From Cenococcum geophilum (Eukaryota), in NCBI GenBank assembly GCA_050273025.1, contig CP158635.1, positions 1,550,001-1,614,000 on the forward strand: a stretch of DNA of 64,000 nucleotides, in the 5' to 3' direction. Positions 1 to 12,016 of the stretch are shown one piece after another. A program made the position numbers and the translations under genes. The notes below the pieces were generated by a model that ran no database searches, had not been told where the DNA came from, and was given only the letters and a program-made list of their open reading frames with translations. Each line of letters opens with the position of its first letter. The stretch's first letter is position 1.

Positions 1-2550
1 CCCCTGTCGATGCTTTTCCGGCGAACTAGAAGGGAGGCCAGTTTGAGGAGCAGGAGCTTACCGGCCCCTTTTTTGCCCTAACTTTTAAAGATCACTACTA
101 TCTAGATAGATGCTTCCTTAGTTCTTCCGGTAAAACTGAGATATATAACCTCTAGCTTATTAAAAATAACAAGACTGGCATTAGTAGGTGGTATATTAGG
201 TTTAATATTAGCCTAGTTATAAGACGCCTAAGAGTAAAGATGCTATTAACAAATCCTGTTTATATAATTGATGGTAACGGCCGCGAAGTAGTCCTTATAT
301 AGGGATTATCTATAGAAATCTCTGACCTAGTCACTATTGATCTTTAAACGGCTAGTTTCTGGGTATAGCGTCCGATCCTATCGCGTGAGGAAGAAGGTAG
401 TTGGTAAGAAAAAGCCGTAAAATTTACTAAAGAACTTCTAGACTCCCTACTAAGATAGCTCCTTAGTCTTAAGGCTAAGACAAACAAGAACTAAACCAGC
501 AATCTTAGATTTAGAAAAGATAATGCTGTATATATGCAGAAATGGGGATTAGAAAGGAAAGGAAGTCACGTATTAGTTATAAGGGTATAGGAATTAAAGT
601 CTGGAGTTATCTTTGCCGCTAAGGAGCCATACTTAAGGAACTACGACGATAATATAGTAAGAAAGGTGTGGGAAGAATTAAGAGCGGAATATAAGAATAT
701 AATTAAGCTTAGGGAGTATGTAAGTAAACGCCACCGAAACTATGTTGCCGTTAAGTGCTAATTAATTATCCTTTTTCTAGCTAAACTTAGTAAAAGTAAT
801 CGACTTAATATCACTAGAGAATTAGTAGCTACTATGGATGATTATGGAGTGAATTCTATATAGCCTTAACTTAATAAAACCTAACACTTACAATATTCCT
901 AACTTTATGCTTTAGGTCTATAACGGAATAGTTGCTATATATAATAAAGATTTTGCTTATTAGGACCTGAAGCTAGAGAATATCCTTATTAGAGTTAACG
1001 ACGATGGGCTTACTCCTAAGATCGCCAACTTTAGAGAATTGAAATTTAAGGCTTTAGGAAATATAATGACTATTACTAGCTTAGTATTATATATGGCCCC
1101 CAAACTCTATATAATAAACCTACCTTATTTTAAAGCTATTAATATATAGTCCTTTAGACTTATTATATTGGAACTTCTAACTAACTAGGAGCCTAACTTA
1201 GAGATATAGGGCTTCTACGGCCTGCTAAGTCCTAAACAGTATAATAACTGAGTTTATAACGTAATCCCTATTTATATAGCAAGTGCGCTAGAGACGTTTA
1301 GGTCTATATTAAAGGGACTATTATATAAGGAACCTAAGTAGAGATGGTCCGCTAAGGAATGCTAGAAATGGCTGCTAGGAATTGTTTTAATAAATATAAG
1401 CACGTAGAAAGGCACTAATAATAGCAAGAAGCGGCCTGTGTTAGTATCCAAGGACGACGGCTGTAGAAATATATGGAGTTAATACCCTACCTAATTAACA
1501 ATCTCTCTAGAGAGACGCAATCTCTAGGGAATACTTTTTAATACTTTTTATGTATTTAACGTAACTTCCGATGGAGTTTTAAAACTTGAAGGATTAGTAT
1601 ATATTAACAGAATTATCCCCTTACTCCTTATTCTGTGTCTTTATTATTCTAACTATTTTAGCCGCTCTAACTCTAAGTCTACAAAGTCTTTAAAATAGTT
1701 TGACGCTGGTAAAGAGGTTATTAAGCTATATTATGTGCTTTCCTAGAGGATAGAGCCGCTACTAAGTAGTCTTGTGCGTTTATATAAGGCTTAGCGTTAA
1801 TATAATGCTATAAAAGGAAGAGTAGATATAGGATAGCTTACTAAAAGCTACCTATATTACTCCCTAATAACCTTAGTCTTGTAGTTAATCTTAATAGCTA
1901 TATATTGCTTATCTAGCTCCCCTTCCTCATTAATTACATTGTCTTTTACCTAAGTAAAGGCCTAACCTAAGTTTTGGCATACCTCTAGAGTTTTAGGGCG
2001 TATTACTAGTAGGTCTCCCTTATTAAATAATATACAGCCTTATCCTTTACTTTTGTTTATAAAGATTAAAGTTATAAATAAAACCTTATAGGCCTAGATA
2101 GTACTATAGATAGCTAATAACGAGGCCCTCCTTATAGGCTTATGTGATGGAAAACTTAATAAAGAATTATTATAGGAGGAAATTGCTAGACATTTTATAG
2201 GTAGAACACTATAGGAATACAGGCGCTGTTATAAAATTCTAAGGCCTAAGCCTAAAAAGGAGGCTGTAAAGGAGAAACTATGGACAGCTGATAAAGAGAA
2301 ACGCCTCGTGGACATATATAAGGAAAAAGGCATGGCGTGGAATGACCTTAGAAGGTAATTCCCGGGAAGAATGTAACTCTTATATAGGAAGCATTATATA
2401 TATATATTTCCTAAAAAAGGAATAAGGCGGCTAGTAGGACCAGTAATGCTAAAGAAAAGGAGGTAGTAAAGTAGAAAGCAGCGCTAAAGAAAAAGAAGGC
2501 AATAAGGTATAGATAAGTAGCGCTAAATATAAGACCTAATAAGTGTTGCT
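1..2550 (+). pseudogene. RIP-inactivated FHA + Ser/Thr protein kinase + 2 Myb/SANT repeat gene (5' end outside window, 3' end approximate)
   Basis: Manual translation: FHA-like GISRWY (~178-195); RKGSHVLV..FAAKE (554-626). Intron 720-780 (gtaagt..gctaat..tag) restores (H)PNLV..MIMEW. Y*DLKLENIL at 958 (HRDLKPENIL), KIANFR (KIADFG), YMAPKL (YMAPEL), INI*SFR (DIWSFG). Same frame at 2107-2397: *IANNEALL..*EEIARHFIGRT and WTADKEKRLVD..GMAWNDLRR*FPGR..RKHY. Confidence 0.85.
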
Positions 2551-2769
2551 TAACGGCAGGAGTAAGGAATATAAATTGTGGCGGTTGTTCTTGCAGGTTT
2601 TATACTGTTATTAGGTTGGCTTCTAGCTTTAATGTTACATATAAGATAATTAGTGGGATAGTATCAGCTAAAAATAAGACTTTAACTAGAAATAGATTTC
2701 TAAGCAAAAGATCTACTACCTGAAATATAAGAATACGCCTAAGCTATTAGCCCCGTCCCTTTTATATAG

Positions 2770-4246
2770 CAGCTCTGGTCTTCACTTTAGTTACCTCCGT
2801 AGAAGAGTATATCTATTATTTAACTTTAGCGTGCTAGACGCGTTTTTTATAAGACTTAAGGGCATGTTTAGTATTTAAAAGCCCGCTTTTATAAACCTAG
2901 GTAGGTATTTAAGCTACTTTATATTCAAGCCCTAACTTAGTTATTCTTTCCTCTAGAATTTTATAGATCTCCCATTTATTATCTATGGTTATTTTATTAG
3001 CTTTATTATCTTTAGCGCGGAATCTCCGCAAAATAGACTATAAGCAATAGCAATAACGCTAGGCACGATGCTACGGGGTATAATACTTCGCAGTAAGCTC
3101 TAAGTTTAAAACGCCGCCCTAGTTGTCGTCGCCGCTATAATTATATTCGCTTAAGTTGCTAGTTTTATTACGCAGTAGTTTAATATTATAGAGAGAGGTA
3201 GGCCCCTAAAGCAAAGGGTTGGTGGGCCGTATAGTGGATATCGCTTAGTAATCGTTATAATTAACTTAGGAGTATTAAGAGTTAAGGCCGATAGGAGGCC
3301 AGGGGGCTAAGTTTTCGCGAGAGGTAGGCGGCTTTTGTTGTTTCTAGGGTTATAGATTACCGCCCTTACTACCCTTATTATACCCACTGCTATCTTTAGT
3401 AGAATTATTAGAATTATAATTAATAACGCTACTTTACTCTAGCTATTTAAGCTTCCGCTTCTTTAGTATTAAAAGTAATTTACCTCTAACATTTTCTTTC
3501 TTATAATCGCTCTCTTTCCTAGTAAGTAGACTAGCCTAGGGAATAGTTATAATATTAGTTCTCTTAACTAGACCGTTTATTTCATTAATGTTTTTTACTG
3601 TAAGTTTAATATGGTTATACACAGATGCGCTAAAGAGATCTTTAAACTCTTCTAAAGAAGGTAACTTCTTACCCTTATCGTCATTACTACAGTTATTTCT
3701 GTCACCTAATATTTATTAGGCAAAGCCATCGTATAGAGGAGAAGAGCATACCTAATTTATAAGGTGTTAGTTAATCGTCGGCTTTACCAGCTTTATTACT
3801 AGTATTATTATCGGCTCCGTCGCCTTTAGCTTCTAGGTTAAGGTCGGCTATACTATCTTTAATGGCTATTAGATCTACTGCTAGCCGTTAAATATATATG
3901 TTTATGGCTATTAGGAGAATAGGGAGAGAGTAGTAGGGATAATTACCTTAACTGCTTCCTCTAGCGACTTAACTAGATGTATCCCTATAGACATCTTCCT
4001 TATTATCCTTAAAATTTTTGTAATAATTATTTTTGTAATTATGGTTAGGGTCTGCAAGCGCTTTATTAGACGAAATCTCTAGACTAAGGCTTTATGTAGA
4101 ATAATACACCTCTAATTAGCCAAGCTTAATACGCCCTAGGGTTATTTCTTAGAGGGAAAAGGGGTATTTTATACTTTATCTAAGATATACTGCTCGTGCC
4201 TTTCTCGGAAGCTGTAACTATATAATATTAAGGTAAAGCTGTCCAT
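2770..4246 (-). pseudogene. RIP-inactivated ~490-codon gene with C-terminal chromodomain
   Basis: ATG at 4246 is in frame with KWEIYKILEERITKLGLEYKVA*IPT*VYKSGLLNTKHALKSYKKR at ~2977-2840. This matches the chromodomain pattern (W/Y)E(I/V)..IL..R......YxVxW..TW.....L.NA...L..Y after RIP reversal. End approximate. Confidence 0.7.
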
Positions 4247-4482
4247 TTTCCGGAGGGACTAGTATAGAACTTGCTGTTATTAAGCGAAATTTCTAAATAA
4301 AAATAAAGGGGTTAAGAAGGTGCTACTATTGCTGCTGCTATTATTATCGGAGTTATTATTATCTTATGCCTTTCTAATAACTTTAAGGGGGGATTACGCT
4401 AGGCTTTTAAATATAAGCCAGTTTCCTCTTCGCCACTAGCTCTTATCCGCGGCATCTATACTAGAATAACCCTACTAGCTCT

Positions 4483-5279
4483 ATAGCGAATTAAACCGTA
4501 TAATTTACACTCCATTAGTAATTGCCGTTTATAACGTATAAGGGTTTGCACGGGCTTAAGCTTTGTTACAAGATTAACGCCTATTAGGAAACTAGAATTA
4601 AGACCTAACTAACTAAGCTAGTATATTTAGCCTCTAATAGGGGCGTCGCACTAAGCCTCCTTATTGAGAAGGCTGGTGGCGAAGTACCTCCTTTACTCTT
4701 ATTTTTTAGAGTTAGGGCTAGTACTAACGTATCTGTTTTCTAACCCGATTATACTAGTAAACTAGATCTTCTGTACTAGATCCTCTACAAGACTATAGTT
4801 CTAAGCGGTGCCTAATATAGCCCTATGGCCATTTATAGCTATGCTACTAGGGATTAAAGTTATAGGTCGCGGTTATACTTTACGCCACTAAAACCGCCCT
4901 ATATATTAAAAGGCGGTTAGTAATAACACTTAGAGGATTAAGACTAATAGTATTCCTTAAATAAAGATATAATGGTGTGGTCCTACTAGGAGTTTAGCTA
5001 AAATTATATGGAGCAGCGGCTGGCTAAACTAAGCCTTATAAAGCAATACGAGGAGCTAGGGCGCCCGTAAGCGTCTCCGTTACCGTTTTGTGCTATTACT
5101 AACGTGGTAGTAAATGTAGATTTTATAGATAAGCTACTATAGGGTGTCGCCTTAAGTAAAGAATGGTATAGAAACTGGAGTGGCTGCGTAATCTAGCGAG
5201 GCTTCTAGCTGAAAATATATAAATGTACCGACTAATTAATATATATAATAGAGTAACACTAGGACGCCGGATGAGCTAA
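4483..5279 (+). pseudogene. Possible RIP-degraded hypothetical gene with one intron
   Basis: Frame interrupted only by RIP-type TAA/TAG stops; canonical fungal intron 5067-5110 (gtaagc..ctaac..tag); no recognisable domain; start inferred. Confidence 0.35.
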
Positions 5280-5974
5280 GGCGGCTTAAGGATCCTTAAC
5301 ATTAGCCCTTTATAGAATTGTCCCTATAGCACCAATTATAACATCTAACGGTTTGCGCTAATGTAGAGCGGTACCTCTAAGAACTAAAGGGACGATACAG
5401 GTCTAAGTTAAGTTTAGATTACTTAAGAAGAGTAATTTCTAGATAGAAGGGGTTGTTTAGGTAGTTTAGAGACTAGGTTTAAGTGGAGTAAATAGCTACA
5501 AATATACGGAAGGGTTATTTTTAGGCGAGAAGCCTAAAGGCAGTATAAGAGCGTTTATTAAATATCGGAGGATTAAACTATAGGTGTGATATTAGGAGAG
5601 GCCGAAGCATGCTTGCTCTACGCTATTATTAGTATAAGATATAAGATATTAGGAATACGAGGGTAGTGCAGCACTTGCATTAACGCTAAGTTAGTAAAAA
5701 ATGCCTTATAGTAGGGATTGTAATCTAATAAAGGTGGCGTGGCGTTAGGAAGTCTAGGAGAAAAAGGAGAATTAAAAGGTAAAATACAGAGAACGGGGGA
5801 AGGTTATCCTTTTATAGTCGACGTCGGATAAGGATACTGGATTACCGAAAGATTAGCTAAGAAACTTAATTTTCTATAGATATAAGATTTTCCGAGTCCC
5901 GGCTCAGACACCTCCATAACTGGTAGTTAAACCCTCCAGATTTGGAGGGCTCTAAGCCTACTAGATAAAGTTTA

Positions 5975-6105
5975 TAAGTAGAGCTTTATATAGAGCTTCG
6001 TGCAGAGCCTCTGTACGCAGAGCTTTATATAGAGCCTTGTGTAGAACCTTATGCAAAGCTTCGTGTAGAGCTTTGTGTGGAGCTTCATGCAGCGCTTTAT
6101 GCAGT
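5975..6105. repeat. Degenerate 12-bp tandem array (consensus AGAGCTTCGTGC)
   Basis: Units such as agagcttcgtgc and aaagcttcgtgt; reverse complement of the GCACGAAGCTCT array at 19295-19620. Confidence 0.85.
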
Positions 6106-6139
6106 TTTATAGTATTTTTGTTACATTTTTATTGCATTT

Positions 6140-6292
6140 TTATTGCAGCCAAAAATTAGGGTCTGCTTAAGTCGCTTAAGTCACAATTTTAGTAATTTAT
6201 ATAAAGTAGCCTGTAAATCGCTGCAAATCGCCGCAAATTGCTAAAATTGCGACTTAAGCGAGTTAAGCAGACCCTAATTTTCGGCTGTAATA
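6140..6292. repeat. Long inverted repeat / hairpin with ~60-bp arms
   Basis: ttattgcagccaaaaattagggtctgcttaagtcgcttaagtcacaattttagtaattt pairs with aaattgctaaaattgcgacttaagcgagttaagcagaccctaattttcggctgtaataa; mismatches are mostly RIP-type transitions. Confidence 0.9.
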
Positions 6293-6321
6293 ACGCGCCC
6301 AAAATTTTTTTTCCTGATGTA

Positions 6322-9300
6322 GGGGGTAGCCTAATGTATTTAAGTCTTAAGCGGAGGGCTACTAACACGTTAGGCGCTCTATTAAAACGGGCTATTAAGA
6401 TAAAAAAGATTGCTCTATATTATAGTAAGTCTATATAAGAGCACCAAGACTTCTATAATAGCTTAAAGCTAGCATTCCGCCTAGAGTGCGACGGCTTTAT
6501 AGATAAGGATACTAAAGTCGCGTTTACTATATAATATATAAAGGGGACCAACTAAACCCTTTAGCTATAGTATAAAGATAACTATTTAGATACGCAGTTT
6601 ACCTAAGAGGAGCTTATAAAATTCCTACTTAACTAGATTAAAAGTCCTATTAATTAAGAACTCTATATAGCCCTAACCTATATAAAGGTAATATAGCGAA
6701 CTAATTAACTAGTAAATAAGTTTACTGCTTACCTAACCTCCTTAAAAGCGCAAATTAATCCTCCTTATAATATAAAGTATTTAATAATATATCTGTTTGC
6801 GAAGCTGCGGCTAGAGCTATAGGTTGCTATTACCAACTATTAAGAATTCCCTTAAACTTAAGATTAGCTAGTTTCCCTAGCTACCCTATTAGAGGAAAAC
6901 TAGAAAAGCGCAAGCGCCCTATAAGGTAGAAGTAATAGGCGCGCCGTAAACTTAAATATAAAGACTACCTAGTTAGGTAACTTAGGGAAAGCGAACTCTA
7001 AAACTACCGCTAGCAACTTAATGGCGGGGCAAAGCAATACCGCTAGGGGCTTAACTTAGCCTAAAGGAAACTGCTTAAAATATGGGTAGCTAGGATATTG
7101 GTAGCAATAATGTAAAGAGTAGTAATAAAATTAACTACCACCTAGCAGTATAAACGCTACCTTTATACTAGGAAAAGATAAGCGCCCTTAAACCCCCTTA
7201 TAGCCGTAGGGCATAAGCTCCTACTAAATTATAAGGAAGCTATTACTATCTTAGGTAAAGTCCTCCTAAAGAAGACCTGGAAGGAGACCTTAGTAATGCT
7301 TAATATTGGTGCCGAAGTAAATATAGTTAACTAGCAATTTGCTATAGAGTATAACTTTAAAACACTAGATGTAGAGCTGCCTACCTACTCCTAGTTAAAT
7401 AAGACTTAGGTATATTACTATAAGGCCTATAAAGTACTACTAAGAATAAAGGACAGCTAGGGTAAGATTAGGGAAGTAACCCTTATCTGCTATAAAATAG
7501 CTAACATATCCCCTACTATTACCCTAGGTATACTAGGGTTAAAAAAGGCCTAACTTCTTATTAACTATAAGGCGAAGGCGTAGTAATAGAAGCTAGATAG
7601 CTTATCCCCATTACTATAAACCCCTAAGGGTTTCGCGGAGTCTCTCTAGATAGAATTTAGGGTCTTTACCCTATTAACTTCTAGAGTAATACCTAGTAAG
7701 TAAAATAACGGCAGCTTACTAGTCCTCCCCCCGCAGTTAAAGGAAGTTAGTAATATCTTCTCCTATAAGGAAGTAGGAAAGCTACCCTAATACTACTAGG
7801 GCGACTATACTATTGACCTAAAAGAGGGACAGGAGGCCCTATATAGGCCGCTCTATAACCTCTTAGCTAAGGAGCTAAAAGTCCTAAGGGAGTATTTAGA
7901 TAACGCCTTAGCTAAAGGCTAGATCTAACTAAGTACTAGTCCTATAGGGGCACCTATTCTCTTTATACCTAAAAAGGATAGGAAGCTGCGGCTCTATATA
8001 GACTATAAAGGCCTTAACAAGGTAACGATTAAGAATCGTCTCGCACTACTATTAATTAGTAAGACCTTAGACCGCTTAGTAGGTTCTAAAATCTTTACTA
8101 AGCTAGACCTAACGCATGCGTATTACCGCCTTCATATCCATTATGGCGATAAGTAGAAGACGGCGTTCTGTACGCGCTACGGCCACTTTAAGTACTTAGT
8201 TTTGCCTTTTAGGCTAACTAATAGACTAGCAACCTTTTAGGGCTATATTAATCAGGCCTTATTAGGACTAGTAGATGTCTTCTATATAGTCTACCTTAAT
8301 AATATTCTAATTTTCTCTAAAAATCCAGAGGAACATTAGCGCCACGTAGTAGAAGTACTGCGTAGGTTATAATAATACCAACTATATACAAACCTTAAGA
8401 AGTGCAAGTTTAGCGTATAAAAAATTAAGTTCCTAGGATATATTATTAGCCCTAAAGGTATAGTAATAGATCCTAGCCGGGTAGAAGCCATTACTAAGTA
8501 GGAGAGCCCTTAATCCTATAGAGATATCTAGGTCTTCCTAGGTTTTGCTAACTTCTATTATTGGTTTATTTATAAATACTCTACTATTGCAAAGCCTATT
8601 ACTAATCTCCTAAAAGGAGTAAAGAACGGCCGTAAAGCTAGGCCTTTTAATTAGCTAGAGGAGGCGGAGTAGGCAATATACCGGCTCTACAACGCCTTTA
8701 TAACGGCGCCGCTCCTATAATACTACACGCTAAGCCTACTAACTTAGTTAGAGACGGATGCCTTAATATAAGGCCTAGCAGTAATTATATTACAGCTATT
8801 TAAAGACGGCCTTTAGTATCTAATAGCCTTTTAGTCTAGGAAGCTTTTACTAGTAGAGCGTAACTATAAAACCTATAATTAAGAGCTACTAGCTATTATA
8901 GAGGCTTTTAAGCATTAGAGACACTATATTAAGGGGCTATTAAGCCGCCTAGAAGTACTCTTAGATTATAATAATCTAAAGGGTTTTATAAAAGTAAAAG
9001 CCCTTAATAGACGGCAAGCCAGATAGGCTATAACCCTAGCTGCCTATAACTTTATTATTAAGCATGGGTCGGGAAAAACAAACCCCGTAGACGCGTTGTT
9101 AAGGCAACCCCTAGGCGTAGGGGGTTTACTAGAAGAAGACACTATACTACTACTGCTCTAAAGGACTTTAGAAATATAGGGCCACCAACTTAAGGTAAAA
9201 GTCTTATTAGGTATATAGGAAAGCAAGCCTTTTATAAAGGTATCGCTTTTATAGCTATAAGCCGGCGACCTAATAGAGGTACGCCTAGGCAATATAGTAT

Positions 9301-10900
9301 TATGGTTTAACTAGGCAACCTACACGTATACCGTTAAGTAGCGTATAATAAGAACCCAAGTTAGAGTAGTAAGCACTTAAGAGAGTGCCTATAAGTCTAG
9401 TACGGAAATAGTTATTAAGCTTATTAAAGGACTTTAAACTATAGATAACTTTATGCTGTAAAAGTACAGCGACAGCGTAGATACAGCAAGACGCCGTTAA
9501 CGCGCCTACTTAAAGCTAGTGTGGCAGTTTAATTCTAATAGACTACTTTATCACCATGGGAGGCTATATATGCCCCTAGACCTAGCAGTTTATACAGAAC
9601 TCCTATAGATCTACCACAATAATGCCCTAGCTAGGTACTTTAGTAAGAAAAAGACTCTAGATCTACTTACGCGTAAGTACTACTAGCCTAGTATAAATGC
9701 GGACATTATAAGCTATATCTTTACCTATAATCTATGCCAGCGTATATATACGCCTTAATATCGCCCTTATAGCGAGCTCTAAGCGCTACTTTACCTAGAT
9801 TAGCCATAGTAGGAGATTATAATAGACTTTATTATAGGCCTCCCACCTAGCAAATAAGGTAAGAAGGTATATAACGCAATATATATAATAGTTAACCGCT
9901 ATACTAAGATAGCCTTATATCTGCCTATAGTAAAAACTATTACTATAACCGAACTCGCGGATCTCTTCCTTAATAAAGTAGTACGCCGTTTTGGAGCCCC
10001 TAGGGGGATTATATCTAATTAAGGCAGTATCTTCACTAGTAAGTTCTAGTTAGAGCTATGCTTTACTATAAAGATTAAACGTAGGCTAAGTACGGCCTTT
10101 TACCTATAAATAGATAGGTAAATAGAACACCAGAACTAAACCTTAGAGTATTACCTCCGTATATTCTATAATAAAAAGTAGAGTAACTAGGTAGGCCTCT
10201 TATTACTAGCTAAATTCGCCTATAATAATACTAAATATAGCATAATAGGTATAAGCCCATTCTATACCTACTATAGGTTTTACCTACGTCTAGAATATAA
10301 GGTTAAGGCGGATAATAGTAGTTCTATTCTAGCCGCCTCTAAGAGAATTAAAAGAATATCCCTTAAATATAAAGCGCTAATAAAACGCTAGGAGTACGCC
10401 GCTAAGGTATAGGCGAAATACTATAATCGTTATTACTAACTATAGGTATATAAAGTAGGGGATCTAGTCTTGCTATTAACTAAAAACCTTAAACTAAAAA
10501 GGCTAAGTAAGAAACTTATAGCATGCTTTATTAGACCTTTTAGTATAGCTAAACCAGTTAGAAAGTAAGTATACTAACTATATCTACTTACGTCTTACCG
10601 TATCTACCCAGTGTTCTATATTAGCTTGCTAGAGCTATATAAATAATATAAGGGCACTACTAGAGACCCTCTATTAGGGCCTATTAAGCTAGATAATTAA
10701 GAGGACTAAGAGGACTAATATGAGGTAAAAGAAGTATATAGAAGGAAGGGATATAACCAGACCCTATAATACCTAGTTAAGTAAAAAGGCTAGCTAAAAG
10801 AGTATAACAAATGGGTCCTAATAGAGGACATTAATAAGGACGCAAAGGAGACGTATAATAGTTACTTTACCCTAAGGAGTAAATAGAAAAGAAAGTAGGC
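6322..10900 (+). pseudogene. gag-pol relic of gypsy A (protease, RT, RNase H, integrase, chromodomain)
   Basis: NIGAEVN protease (~7302); YGPLYNL (~7842); YLNNILIFS = YLDDILIFS (~8291); ETDA (8751); LSTAF..TDGQ-like (~10086); chromodomain YEVKEV..YLVK*KG (~10720-10820). Confidence 0.9.
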
Positions 10901-11547
10901 GGGAGAATAAAAAACTTTTAATTATAACTAGAATTGCGCCTTACTAGCGGGGCAATAATAGAACGACGGCGGAGTAATAGTAGTACGCTAATAGAAATAT
11001 AGATACTCTATAGCTCTAACAAATCCTCCCTCTTCTCCCCTCCTTCTTCTTCCTCCTCCTCTCCCTCCTTATCCTCCTCCTCCCCCTTCTCCTTATCCTC
11101 CTCCCCCTTATCCTCCTCCTTATCCCTTATAATGGGAGGCATATTAGCCTATAGGTACTATTAGTATACGCTATAACGGCAAAATACCTGCGCTACGATA
11201 CGTACTAAAGCGCGTATTATATTAAGAATTCCTTTAAAAGTATAACGGATGGCTTATAATTCCTACACTTAGAGTAAGGGAAAGTCTTCGCCCTTTAGGT
11301 GTTAGCGGAGACTATACTTAGCGCTAGTACGTACTAAGGCCTTAACATCCTTTGTAAAGGACTTCTGGATGGCAGCAACGCAAGCGTTAAGGTTAGCCGT
11401 ATCTCCACCAGCAACCCACTAGCGCTTAGCCCTATTAATAAGGGTAAGTAGCTTATTTAGGCGGCTATAGAAGGCCTTAGGGACCTAGTCTGTTAGCTAT
11501 TAGAACTTAAACTAACGTACTTAGACTTACTAGTTAGTACGACTTAT

Positions 11548-11972
11548 TATTACGGACGCTTTAAGTACGATATTATAACTACTTGGAGAAGAGACGGAAG
11601 AAGCTAGTTGGTTGATTTAGGCACGGTCTAGGATGGAGCCGATAGAACTATATGACGAGGAATAGTAACCGAGGTCATATAATGTGCTACGTATTAAACG
11701 AGAGGAACAAGAGGAACTTACGTACCTTATGTATAAGACGTACATTACGTATAAGAAGGATTTTATAGGAGTATAGTTGTGTATTTAAGGACCCTTAGTC
11801 CCTACCTAGATAGTTCCTTCCTTATAGTGATTCTTAGAATATAATTAGAGTTAATCTATTAGGCAACCACTTCACCAGTTGTTATTATATTATTAACTTT
11901 TATACTTATATTTCCTACACACCTAGCCTAATAATAAGCCCACCGTAGTTCCTACTATAAGGTTCCGTTATA
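11548..11972 (+). repeat. 5' LTR of gypsy B
   Basis: Direct repeat of 21586-22010; TG..CA ends RIPed to TA..TA. Confidence 0.95.
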
Positions 11973-12016
11973 TAATTACTACCTAGTTATAGTATTAATA
12001 TAAGAAGTCGAACAAT

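Larger units (their letters stand above)
1..6319. mobile_element. End of a large cargo-carrying putative DNA transposon inserted into gag of gypsy A (other end outside window)
   Basis: Ends ttttcctgatg (6309-6319) followed by TA, identical to the right end of the 18841-21350 element. Has a subterminal 12-mer array shared with that element and a long hairpin. Gypsy gag-like sequence starts abruptly after the TA with no LTR. Confidence 0.7.

Noticed and set aside
1..6319. Starship assignment for the cargo region
   Set aside because: No tyrosine-recombinase captain in the window, and the terminus matches an element with a TA duplication and CA..TG ends. Not excluded for sequence further upstream.
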